NCBI GenBank assembly: GCA_964635605.1
Contig: CAZWPU010000002.1
Location: 1 to 39,018 of the forward strand
Direction of reading: 5' to 3'
Source: an uncultured Bacteroidales bacterium
GTDB lineage: Bacteria; Bacteroidota; Bacteroidia; Bacteroidales; UBA12077
Length of the DNA stretch: 39,018 nt
Both the position numbers and the translations under genes were made by a program. Below are positions 29,201 to 37,099 of this stretch, one piece after another (position 1 is the stretch's first letter; each line of letters opens with the position of its first letter). The notes beneath the pieces are model-generated. The model was not told the DNA's origin and searched no databases. It was given only the letters and a program-made list of their open reading frames with translations.

Positions 29201-30452
29201 AAGTGATGAATTTAATAAAGCCATTAAGAAATTTGGAGAAAAGAAAGTTTTTGAAATTTTACATAAAGATGCAAAGGTCAAATTGTCACCTGTTAAAAAA
29301 GTGATAGGCGATTTGTTGGCTTCGAATGAATCAGCAGATGTGGTTTCTTATGAGTTTGTGAGCGGAGTGTATAAGGATAGACGGCCATGGAACGGGGTAA
29401 TAGCCAAAACCCGCTTGGATAAAGCAAAATGGGAATTCATCATTCGATCATCAGAAAAAACTCAACCGGTAACATCATTTATAAATGATTTTGAAAAAGA
29501 GTATAAGCAACCTGTAAAAATTGCATGGAATGGAGGTTATATTCTTAATCCGGAATTGGTTGGAAAATTAGGATTACCTGAATCCTATATTGGTTCACCC
29601 TTGGGTTTGTTAATAGCAGATGGAAAAGTGTTAAGTGCTCCTTTATTTAATAAGCCTGCATTAGTTTTTACCGATAATGGTGTTGATATCTTTCGGGTAA
29701 ATTGTTCAAAAGGTGTCTGTGTTTCACGTGGAACAGTTTCTCTAGAGTTTTCTCAGGCTCAATACAATAACGAATCGGATAAAGAAAATCCCGCTTTTTT
29801 TGATTTGATGTATGATAAAGAAGAAATTGATGCCCATGGAAAAACATTTGTTCGTTTAGCCGGGAATATTATTAAAGATATAGTGGAAACCAAAGAAAAT
29901 CAGAAAGTTAAAATTATTCCTGTAGGGTTAACACTGGCCTTTCTTCAAGATAAATTTCCTGCCGACTGGAAAATTGGAGATGAGGTTGAATTAAAAATTA
30001 AAGGGTTGGAAAATATTATTCATGCGGTTGAGGCTGGCCCTATGTTGATTGATAATGGAAAAATATGTCTGGATATGGAAATAGAAGGATGGAAAACACA
30101 ACATTCGATTAAAACACAAGCAGCCCGATTAGATTATACCGATATGCGCGGGCCTAAAATTGCCGCAGGAATTGATAATAAAAATAATCTTGTTGTTTTA
30201 GCTATTAACGGACGAATACGTGAGTCGGTTGGTGCTACACACCTTAATATGGCTGAAATTTTACAAAAGTTTAATATCATTAAAGGCATGGGTTTCGATC
30301 CCGGAGGAAGCAGCACGTTGGTAGTTAACGGAGAAACATTAAATATTTCTCCCTATAATAGCCGATACGAAGAAAATGTTTTTTCTCTGCCTCCGCAACC
30401 TAGAGCTGTTTCTAACGTTGTAATGGGATATATACAAAACAAAGAAAAATAA
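26277..30452 (+). CDS. 1,391-aa multidomain protein: GT4-like glycosyltransferase + unassigned central region + phosphodiester glycosidase (NAGPA/DUF2233-like) domain
   Basis: One uninterrupted 4,176-nt ORF. Roughly aa 60-560 form a GT-B/GT4-like module, with E-x7-E EGRGLPIIEA at nt 27717-27743. This module is clearly paralogous to the GT at 34147-35433 (DGVSIEVKKY vs DGVALETEKW; IPVINNSHDFFWEGG vs IPTITHDHDFAWERG). Roughly aa 1075-1391 carry AWNGGY (nt 29523-29540), GPMLIDNGK and FDPGGSSTLVVNG (nt 30297-30314), which are hallmarks of the phosphodiester glycosidase family. No signal peptide or TM helix seen. Confidence 0.85.
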   Translation: MDKRDAIIKSLLKDLKKENINTWFDLGLFLDRIKESRDVSKFKFSGSYYKEFKEFMCNSNMAFLTFQYAIDGVSIEVKKYTKIFKDKYNTSNIHYIAGKFFPESKKMIPEYVKKFELESIQGFDDWKLYKDFFFTHLERGSKEYNELIIKFWKETLQIVKELGNYIVYENIQLLYLINVCSNPGNVSLALAVTLLSEYLKIPVINNSHDFFWEGGNKEINKKVYHLPDGPRDFFFKNAHVGEIFSIIEMLYPWDSRIWMHVNINKQQSERLIKINGINPANVTEIGTAVDTDEYQNTTKRKKISTFYQFEKILSRYQDTLISYSVKDVLESNLVSPYFIRPILIGARKTKPLPKFLNENIIFLQPTRIIARKRIEIGFNLVKKLFDEEDFYNRFKETKNLKLTLLITGPIASGHFEYFKQLLNRFQQLLKNLEPKIRNKVFLAFLFSELDKKTFKEKFDDPVGIPELYNIASLVLLPSKTEGRGLPIIEATACGTPIFCSRYYPENVYSEVIGEHLPHQDRLKVIEFDGKNITKKHTKKIMESVFFPHKFTHVIAHNQQVVNKRYSLKSLKINFDDICQKFYYQIGTKNTVFNKAKKALQSYQKIVNYTNADLEAILDIQNREYLPGFGRLRFMILLKSLIDPSYFRVEEQFFRGKAYQYARQTLEKDEGEITTKKKLQFFNAVESIFLYHTGEMDIQHDHSLPYRHRNKNKYPYQDFTIQELSGLINMLYYDIIPIQEKPEIDVNAHFFTDFDLALSQLTSSTYLGIDDRKFLIKKLQSNVPIAYFPGKYIQNEIEFFALQSVRSRLELKIDEELTEDILKECSEYISPVYIMASTKTTIENYNRDSIEKFILEGNDEELKLLYQYKILQVVNIDQWCVGIHFNQLGEEGLKALRRVKEEKGFIISNRTEAAVMTDIVDIDRFHIGKIEDRITESIMGIPMNTGFIQYVPAGMRVTLAYPTPVQTAKDFHDYLKSDEFNKAIKKFGEKKVFEILHKDAKVKLSPVKKVIGDLLASNESADVVSYEFVSGVYKDRRPWNGVIAKTRLDKAKWEFIIRSSEKTQPVTSFINDFEKEYKQPVKIAWNGGYILNPELVGKLGLPESYIGSPLGLLIADGKVLSAPLFNKPALVFTDNGVDIFRVNCSKGVCVSRGTVSLEFSQAQYNNESDKENPAFFDLMYDKEEIDAHGKTFVRLAGNIIKDIVETKENQKVKIIPVGLTLAFLQDKFPADWKIGDEVELKIKGLENIIHAVEAGPMLIDNGKICLDMEIEGWKTQHSIKTQAARLDYTDMRGPKIAAGIDNKNNLVVLAINGRIRESVGATHLNMAEILQKFNIIKGMGFDPGGSSTLVVNGETLNISPYNSRYEENVFSLPPQPRAVSNVVMGYIQNKEK

Positions 30453-30456
30453 ACAA

Positions 30457-31584
30457 TTGGCAGGTATTTATTTACATATTCCGTTTTGTAAAAGAAAATG
30501 TGCATATTGCGATTTTTTTTCGCTGGCTAATGCAAAACATCAAGACGATTTTGTACAAGCCATTCTTCAGGAGGTTTCGTTGCAGCAACATTACCTGGAT
30601 AATGAACGTGTGCAAACCATTTATTTTGGAGGAGGTACACCTTCATTGCTTTCTATTGGACAGTTGGAAGAAATACTAAATGCTTTGCATAAAAATTTTA
30701 GAATTGATAAAAATATCGATCTAACCCTCGAAGGTAATCCTGAAAATTTAACTCAAACTTTTTTAAGAGATTTAAAATCCCTTGGATTTAATCGGTTAAG
30801 TATTGGAATACAGTCGTTCAACGATGATGATTTAATGTTGATGCGTAGAACACATAATGCAAAAACAGCTGTTAAATCTATTTATAATGCAAAAAATCAA
30901 GGATTTAAGAATATTTCTGTTGATTTAATTTACGGATTACCCAATTTTACACGTGAAAAATGGGAAAAAAATTTAGAGCAAACCTTTCTGTTAGATGTGC
31001 AACATATTTCTGCCTATCATTTAACCATTGAACCCAAAACTCTTTTTAAAAAGTGGTATGATGAAAATAAAATTCATTTACCAAACGAAGAGAAAAGTTT
31101 AGAACAATATCAGCTTTTGGTCGAAAAAACTGCTGCCAACGGATTTTTACATTATGAAATTTCCAATTTTGCCAAAGATGGATTTCTTTCGTTACATAAC
31201 ACCAATTATTGGGTGGGTGTAAAGTACTTAGGATTAGGCCCTTCTGCGCATTCGTATAATTTAACTTCACGACAATGGAATATTTCAAATCTGCACGTAT
31301 ATTTGGCCGAAATATCAAAAGGAAATATACCATTCGAAAGGGAAAATTTGTCGTTACAGGAAAAATATAACGATTTTATTATAACATCTTTTCGAACCAT
31401 GTGGGGATTAAATTTGGAAAAATTTGTTTTAAATTTTGGGTCATCGTATAAAAAATATTTTTTAAAAAAAATTGAAAAATATTTGGATCAAGAATTTTGT
31501 ATACAAAATCATGATCAAATAAAATTATCCGAACAAGGAATGTTTATTTCTGATCATATTATGACTGATTTATTTTTTGAATAA
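30457..31584 (+). CDS. hemW: Radical SAM heme chaperone HemW (HemN-like, oxygen-independent coproporphyrinogen oxidase family)
   Basis: 375 aa. CxxxCxxC motif FCKRKCAYCDFF, GGGTPS, and a HemN_C-like tail. The apparent TTG start lies 4 nt after the upstream stop. Confidence 0.85.
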   Translation: MAGIYLHIPFCKRKCAYCDFFSLANAKHQDDFVQAILQEVSLQQHYLDNERVQTIYFGGGTPSLLSIGQLEEILNALHKNFRIDKNIDLTLEGNPENLTQTFLRDLKSLGFNRLSIGIQSFNDDDLMLMRRTHNAKTAVKSIYNAKNQGFKNISVDLIYGLPNFTREKWEKNLEQTFLLDVQHISAYHLTIEPKTLFKKWYDENKIHLPNEEKSLEQYQLLVEKTAANGFLHYEISNFAKDGFLSLHNTNYWVGVKYLGLGPSAHSYNLTSRQWNISNLHVYLAEISKGNIPFERENLSLQEKYNDFIITSFRTMWGLNLEKFVLNFGSSYKKYFLKKIEKYLDQEFCIQNHDQIKLSEQGMFISDHIMTDLFFE

Positions 31585-31595
31585 AAATATTTTTT

Positions 31596-33758
31596 ATGAT
31601 ATCAACAGGAAAATTGTTTGAAGACCAGGAACCTTTTCGTTTATTATTTGAATTATCGAATGATCCAATTTTAATATTCAAAGATTTTCAGTTTGTAGAT
31701 TGCAATAAGGCAACTTTAACATTATTAGGTTTTTCGTCTAAGAAAGAGTTTGAAACAGCAATAGATGAAGTATTGGCTCCTGAATATCAGCTCGATGGAG
31801 AGAAATCATCCGTTAAAGTGAAAACGATGATGAATAAAGCTTACCAAAAAGGCAATCATCGATTCGAATGGGTACATTTAAATAAAAAGAAAGAAGTGAT
31901 ATATGTTGATGTAACATTAACCCAAATATCTTATCTGGAGCAAAATTATCTTTTTGCTATTTGGCGGGATATGTCCAAACAAAAGAAATATGAAAAAAAT
32001 CTGGAAGAAAGCGAAAAATTGTATAGTACCTTATTTGAACAGGCAGCTGATGGTATTTTGGTTGGGATTAATAAGGGTGAAATTATTGACGCCAATAAAA
32101 GTGCTTGTAAATTAATAGGTTATAATAAAGATGAATTGATAGGAAAAAATATAAAACATTTATTCAGCCCGAAAGAATTAGCAATAAATCCATTGAGGTA
32201 TGATTTAATTAAGAACGGAGATACAATAATAAAGGAGCGTGAAATTGTATGCAAAGACGGGAAAGTTGTTCCTGTAGAAATGAATACGAAGATTTTAGAA
32301 GACGGACGTATGCAGACTTTATTTCGAGACATTTCGGTTCGGAAAATGGCTGAAAAAGCTCTTATTGAAAGTGAAGAGAAATACCGCAATGTATTTAAAT
32401 ATGCTCCGCTTGGGATTTTTCATTACGACCAAAACGGAGTTATTACTGATTGTAATCAGAACTTTATAGATATTATTGGTTCTTCGAAAGAGCAGTTGAT
32501 AGGACTGAATATGCTCAAAGATTTAAATAATCTTGAAATAACTAAAAAAATTGAGCTTTCCTTAAAAACAGGAGAAGGAGTATATGAAAACTGGTACACT
32601 TCGGTAACCGGAAAAAAAACGACCTTTGTAAAAGGCTTATTTAAATGTATATTCGATGAAAATAGAAACTTTATTTCCGGTATTGGGCTCATTGAAGATA
32701 TTACTCAACGTAAAAAAGCAGAGATAGCCCTAATTGAGAGTGAGCAAAAATACCGAATGCTTTTTGAAAATGCCAGCGATTCTATAATGATTATGAACGA
32801 AGATATTTTTGTTGATTGTAATGAAAAAACGTTGGAATTATTTGGATGCTCAAAAAAAGAACTAATAGGGCAGTCTCCTTATAAATTCAGCCCTAAAAAA
32901 CAGCCAGATGGGAGAAGTTCAAAAGAAAAGGCTAGAGAAAAAATAAAGGAAGCAATACAAGGAAAGTCGAAAATTTTTGAATGGGTACACCAAAAAGCTG
33001 ATGGAACAAATTTTTATACCGAAGTAAGTTTAAATGTTTTTGATTTACAAAATAAAAATACGGTACAAGCTATTGTCCGCGATATCTCTGATAGAAAAGA
33101 ATTTGAACAACGAATTTACGAAACAATTATTGAAACAGAAGAACGCGAAAGGCAGCGTTTAGCAAGCGATATACACGACGAAATAGGGCCATTATTATCC
33201 AGTTTGAAAGTGTATATTGAGTCATTAAATCCGAAAGGAGACGCCACAAAACAACAATACATTAAAAGCAAACTTCAGGAATTGATTAAAGAAACGATTG
33301 ATAATGTCCGAGAAGTTTCTAATGCAATCAGCCCATACTTACTAAATAAATATGGAATGGAAGCAGCTATTGAATCTTTTATTAAACAAACAGAAAATAT
33401 TCTTACCATTCATTTTAAATCCAACCTAAAGGATAAAAGGTTTCCGCTCAAAACAGAAATTGTTTTTTTTAGGATTATTAAAGAGCTGATAAATAATACG
33501 CTAAAACATGCCCGGGCTAAAAATATTGGCGTACATTTGCAATATAACAAAGGTGAATTGCTTTTGTGTTATACCGATGATGGAATTGGTTTAGATAAGA
33601 AATATTTATCTTCAGGTAAAACAGAAGGGATGGGATTATTTAATATCATTAACCGGGTTAACTCAATACAAGGAGATTATAAATTTTACGAAATGTCAGA
33701 CGGTTTTAAATTTACATTAACCAAAAAGACACCTTTACTGGAAAGCATAAAAAAATAA
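31596..33758 (+). CDS. Cytoplasmic sensor histidine kinase, 4 x PAS + HisKA_3 + HATPase_c
   Basis: 720 aa with no TM segment. Four PAS-like modules begin at about FRLLFELSNDPILIF, YSTLFEQAADGILVG, YRNVFKYAPLGIFHYD and YRMLFENASDSIMIMN. HisKA_3 H-box ERQRLASDIHDEIGPLL; ATPase N and G boxes (ELINNTLKHA, DDGIGL, GMGLFNI). Confidence 0.9.
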   Translation: MISTGKLFEDQEPFRLLFELSNDPILIFKDFQFVDCNKATLTLLGFSSKKEFETAIDEVLAPEYQLDGEKSSVKVKTMMNKAYQKGNHRFEWVHLNKKKEVIYVDVTLTQISYLEQNYLFAIWRDMSKQKKYEKNLEESEKLYSTLFEQAADGILVGINKGEIIDANKSACKLIGYNKDELIGKNIKHLFSPKELAINPLRYDLIKNGDTIIKEREIVCKDGKVVPVEMNTKILEDGRMQTLFRDISVRKMAEKALIESEEKYRNVFKYAPLGIFHYDQNGVITDCNQNFIDIIGSSKEQLIGLNMLKDLNNLEITKKIELSLKTGEGVYENWYTSVTGKKTTFVKGLFKCIFDENRNFISGIGLIEDITQRKKAEIALIESEQKYRMLFENASDSIMIMNEDIFVDCNEKTLELFGCSKKELIGQSPYKFSPKKQPDGRSSKEKAREKIKEAIQGKSKIFEWVHQKADGTNFYTEVSLNVFDLQNKNTVQAIVRDISDRKEFEQRIYETIIETEERERQRLASDIHDEIGPLLSSLKVYIESLNPKGDATKQQYIKSKLQELIKETIDNVREVSNAISPYLLNKYGMEAAIESFIKQTENILTIHFKSNLKDKRFPLKTEIVFFRIIKELINNTLKHARAKNIGVHLQYNKGELLLCYTDDGIGLDKKYLSSGKTEGMGLFNIINRVNSIQGDYKFYEMSDGFKFTLTKKTPLLESIKK

Positions 33759-33773
33759 TATATTATATTTATT

Positions 33774-34136
33774 ATGACCGTACTCATTGTAGATGATAAT
33801 AAACAATTTTTAGAAGCATTTAAATTTTTTCTACAGGAAAATTTTTCGGATAGAATAGAAGAAATTTTTGAAGTATCGAATGGGCAAGAATGTCTCGATA
33901 TTTTAAAAAGAAATGCAATAGATATTGTTTTTATGGATTTTGAAATGCCTGTAATGAATGGGGTTGAAGCAACCAAAATAATAGTTGATTTATACCGTAA
34001 CTTAAAAGTAGTAGCAGTATCCTTTCATTCTGAGCTTGAAGATATGGAAAAAATGTTAGAAGCAGGAGCCCGTAATTATATTATAAAAGAAGAAATTAGC
34101 CCCGAAGCCGTAGAAAAATGTTTTACAAACATGTAA
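33774..34136 (+). CDS. Stand-alone receiver (REC-only, CheY-like) response regulator
   Basis: 120 aa. Acidic pocket VDDN, phospho-acceptor in FMDFEMPVMNG, conserved S (VAVSF) and K (YIIKE). No output domain. Confidence 0.9.
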   Translation: MTVLIVDDNKQFLEAFKFFLQENFSDRIEEIFEVSNGQECLDILKRNAIDIVFMDFEMPVMNGVEATKIIVDLYRNLKVVAVSFHSELEDMEKMLEAGARNYIIKEEISPEAVEKCFTNM

Positions 34137-34146
34137 AATCAGACGT

Positions 34147-35433
34147 TTATTTTTTTGTTGCCAACGTAATTAATTTTGATAATTTTTCTTCAAGCGTATC
34201 GTAAGAAAAATATTTTTCCCCTAACTGAAAATTATATTCCCCAATTTCTTTATTTAATTGATCATTGTATATTATTTCCTGCATTTTCTTTAGTGCTTTA
34301 TCTGTAATTTGATTATCTTCAAGCATAACCGTTTTAAATCCCTTACTTCCAATATCTGGCCAATATACTGGTTTATAGTTATTAACAAATATTGATTTTT
34401 TGGCTAATACCGCTTCGACAAAAGCATTACCAAAACCCTCATAGGTGCTAAAATAAGTACAAGCCCGAGCGTGTGCATAGGCATCCGATAAGGAATAGCT
34501 TTTATCATTTACCGAGCCAGCAAACCCTTTCGTAGAAAAGCTGTGATAAGCAAAATGTACTTGTTTACTAATTTTAAGTTGATGAATTAAATCTACCAGT
34601 TCCATATAATATTCACTTCCGGCATCATCGGCATAATTGCCGGTAATAATAAGTTTGATTTTTGGATTATTTAATAAATCAATGAGTTTAATTGCCGTTT
34701 CGATACCTTTACGGCGAACAATTCGGGTAATCTGAAATAATAAAATATCATCATCATCAAGGCCTAAATCTTTGCGTAGATCTTTGTTGTTCGCCGTTAT
34801 TTGGCCAAAAGGTTTATCAAAATCCATCACATTAGGAACCACAATGGATTCTCGATTGTATTTTTCTTTTAATGTTTTTTGAGCATGTAGGTTAATTACT
34901 GCATGAAAACTATTTGGTAATTGTAAAGGGAAAGTATCTTTTACAATTTGATTAATTTTTTTGTGCGGAGAAACATATCTGTTGCCTCTTTCCCAGGCAA
35001 AATCATGGTCGTGCGTTATGGTTGGTATCTGTAATTTTTCTACGGCTTTTTTTATGGCTAATCCCATTGAAATGTGGGATGGCAATGCTGATGCATTTTC
35101 TGATATCAATAATTGAATATTATGTGTTTTTACCCAGTCAATAATTTTACGTTCAATAACATTAGCATATAAAAGCAAATGCTCAAGTAACTCATCTTCA
35201 TCGTAATCGGGGTTAAAATAGGCTTTTTTTTGTTCCCAATAACTTTCGGGCGAAAAAAAAGACATTTCCTGAACACGGGTTTCATGTTGACAATCAATTT
35301 TTCTTCCTTCAAACTGACCGGAAATAATAAAAATTTCATGGCCCATACGTTGCAATACTTCAATCCATTTTTCGGTTTCCAAAGCAACACCGTCAACACC
35401 TCCAATACGGCCTATTATGATTCCTATTTTCAT
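34147..35433 (-). CDS. GT4-family (GT-B) glycosyltransferase, paralogue of the N-terminal module of the 1,391-aa protein
   Basis: 428 aa. Gly-rich N-terminus GRIGGVDGVALE, HDHDFAWERG, FQITRIVRRKGIE and E-x7-E EGFGNAFVEA. Confidence 0.85.
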   Translation of the reverse strand: MKIGIIIGRIGGVDGVALETEKWIEVLQRMGHEIFIISGQFEGRKIDCQHETRVQEMSFFSPESYWEQKKAYFNPDYDEDELLEHLLLYANVIERKIIDWVKTHNIQLLISENASALPSHISMGLAIKKAVEKLQIPTITHDHDFAWERGNRYVSPHKKINQIVKDTFPLQLPNSFHAVINLHAQKTLKEKYNRESIVVPNVMDFDKPFGQITANNKDLRKDLGLDDDDILLFQITRIVRRKGIETAIKLIDLLNNPKIKLIITGNYADDAGSEYYMELVDLIHQLKISKQVHFAYHSFSTKGFAGSVNDKSYSLSDAYAHARACTYFSTYEGFGNAFVEAVLAKKSIFVNNYKPVYWPDIGSKGFKTVMLEDNQITDKALKKMQEIIYNDQLNKEIGEYNFQLGEKYFSYDTLEEKLSKLITLATKK

Positions 35434-35481
35434 GGGTTATTGTTTTAATTTTGTATATATGAAAATCTTATAATAATCGTT

Positions 35482-35489
35482 TACATTTG
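35482..35489 (+). promoter_or_regulatory. Candidate -7 box (TACATTTG) for the rhodanese gene
   Basis: Matches TAnnTTTG, 27 nt upstream of the ATG at 35516. A second match (TAATTTTG, 35446-35453) lies further upstream. Confidence 0.3.
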
Positions 35490-35515
35490 TAATTAGCGCA
35501 ATAAAAATACAAGTT

Positions 35516-35947
35516 ATGAAGAAAATTTTTATTTTGTTTATCCTTTTTTTTAATATATTTAATAATTATGCTCAAAATGCGAAAAATAGTTGTTATACCA
35601 ATCTTGATACTGATGAATTTTATATTGCCATAAATACTCAGGAGGTATTTTTAATTGATGTACGATTATTTAGGGAATATAGAAAAAACAGGATAGAAGG
35701 AGCTTTGCTGGCTGCAAATAAAGAATCTCTCATCTCATTATGCGAAAAATTAGACCGCAACACGCCAATTTATCTTTATTGCGAAGATGGAGACCGGAGT
35801 AAAACGGCTGCGGTAATTTTATGGAATGAAATGGGGTTTAAAAACATTTATAATTTAAAGGGAGGGCTTCGTAAATGGACTAAAAATTACCCGTTGGATG
35901 AATCAAAAATTAAAAAAGAGTCTAAGAATTTTTCGTATAATTATTAA
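35516..35947 (+). CDS. Exported rhodanese-domain protein
   Basis: 143 aa. Signal peptide and rhodanese active-site loop CEDGDRS (C-x2-G-x-R-S). Confidence 0.8.
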   Translation: MKKIFILFILFFNIFNNYAQNAKNSCYTNLDTDEFYIAINTQEVFLIDVRLFREYRKNRIEGALLAANKESLISLCEKLDRNTPIYLYCEDGDRSKTAAVILWNEMGFKNIYNLKGGLRKWTKNYPLDESKIKKESKNFSYNY

Positions 35948-35974
35948 AAAATAAAGAAAAAATATATTCCTGCA

Positions 35975-36724
35975 ATGATGAAAACGATCGTTTTATTACA
36001 ACTTATAATTTTGTCTATAACAGCTGTTTATGCCCAGGAAATAGATAACGGCCTTAGCCTTTCGCTGAAAAGCGGAATAACATTTGCCAATATGTATGGC
36101 CCTGATGTTGCTAGCGAAACCTTTTTAAATGGTACAACACCTGAAACTTTTTATGCCAATCATCCGGCAAGTGATCAATTTAAAACGGGTTTCAATTTGG
36201 GTATTATAGCAGATTTCCGCATAAAACGTTTTTTTTCCATAGGGTTAGGAGCAAGTTATATTCAAAAAGGAGCGCAAATAAACGCAACAGAGTCATGGAA
36301 TTCTTCTTTGCCATCGTACGAAAATGTTGAAGGTGAAATTTATTGGAATCAGAATTTTTGGACCCTCGAAATACCTCTAACCCTTTATATTCCCTTCGGG
36401 AATAATGATTTTTATATCCAGGGAGGCTTTTTTAAAGGTTTTTTAATTAATTCAGAAGAGAAAGGCGATATTCGTATTTCCGATAATGATTATGAATATA
36501 CCAGGGACAGAAGGGCGAATGATACCGAACCGGGATTTTTTATTGGGTGTGGTTATTTATATTCGTTTATGAATGGTGGAAATATATTTGCCGAAGTGTT
36601 GTGGAGTAGGAGTATCATTCAATCGCCCGGAAGCGATATGATACCGGATCCTCAATATTATTATAATCAAACGGTGAGTATTAACATCGGCTACAGATAT
36701 TATATCAGTAATAGCAATAAATAA
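35975..36724 (+). CDS. Outer-membrane beta-barrel (porin-family/PorT-like) protein
   Basis: 249 aa. Signal peptide (AVYAQ), alternating aromatic/glycine-rich strand pattern, aromatic-rich C-terminal strand (INIGYRYY). Confidence 0.55.
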   Translation: MMKTIVLLQLIILSITAVYAQEIDNGLSLSLKSGITFANMYGPDVASETFLNGTTPETFYANHPASDQFKTGFNLGIIADFRIKRFFSIGLGASYIQKGAQINATESWNSSLPSYENVEGEIYWNQNFWTLEIPLTLYIPFGNNDFYIQGGFFKGFLINSEEKGDIRISDNDYEYTRDRRANDTEPGFFIGCGYLYSFMNGGNIFAEVLWSRSIIQSPGSDMIPDPQYYYNQTVSINIGYRYYISNSNK

Positions 36725-36739
36725 AAAATGAGCTTTTTA

Positions 36740-37087
36740 CTATTTTTCTGTGTCCGAATTTATTTCTTTTTTATTTTCTGCTTCTTCTTTTTCTCGGGCT
36801 TTTTGGTTTAAGCCGTATTCTTTTTTATAATCGGCTAAAATAGTATTCAATTTCTCCACTTCTTTTTTATGATCCGATAATTTTTTCTTTTGTTTTAAAA
36901 TAGAAGGATAAGAAAAAATAATACCTAAAATAACCCCAATAATAATGGTTACCAGAAGAATTAACGAAAGAGAACCTTTTACCGGATCGCCCCAAAGGAA
37001 ATAGAGAGCAACTTCAGTATCGTTTCTTAAAGCAAAAATAACCAGTATAAGTGCTGATAATAATCCAATAATTAATGATCGTTGCAT
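36740..37087 (-). CDS. LapA/DUF1049-like small membrane protein with a charged coiled-coil tail
   Basis: 115 aa. Two TM helices, then a K/E-rich tail. Lies 12 nt downstream of the hybrid kinase gene. Confidence 0.5.
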   Translation of the reverse strand: MQRSLIIGLLSALILVIFALRNDTEVALYFLWGDPVKGSLSLILLVTIIIGVILGIIFSYPSILKQKKKLSDHKKEVEKLNTILADYKKEYGLNQKAREKEEAENKKEINSDTEK

Positions 37088-37099
37088 GGCCTTGTATTT

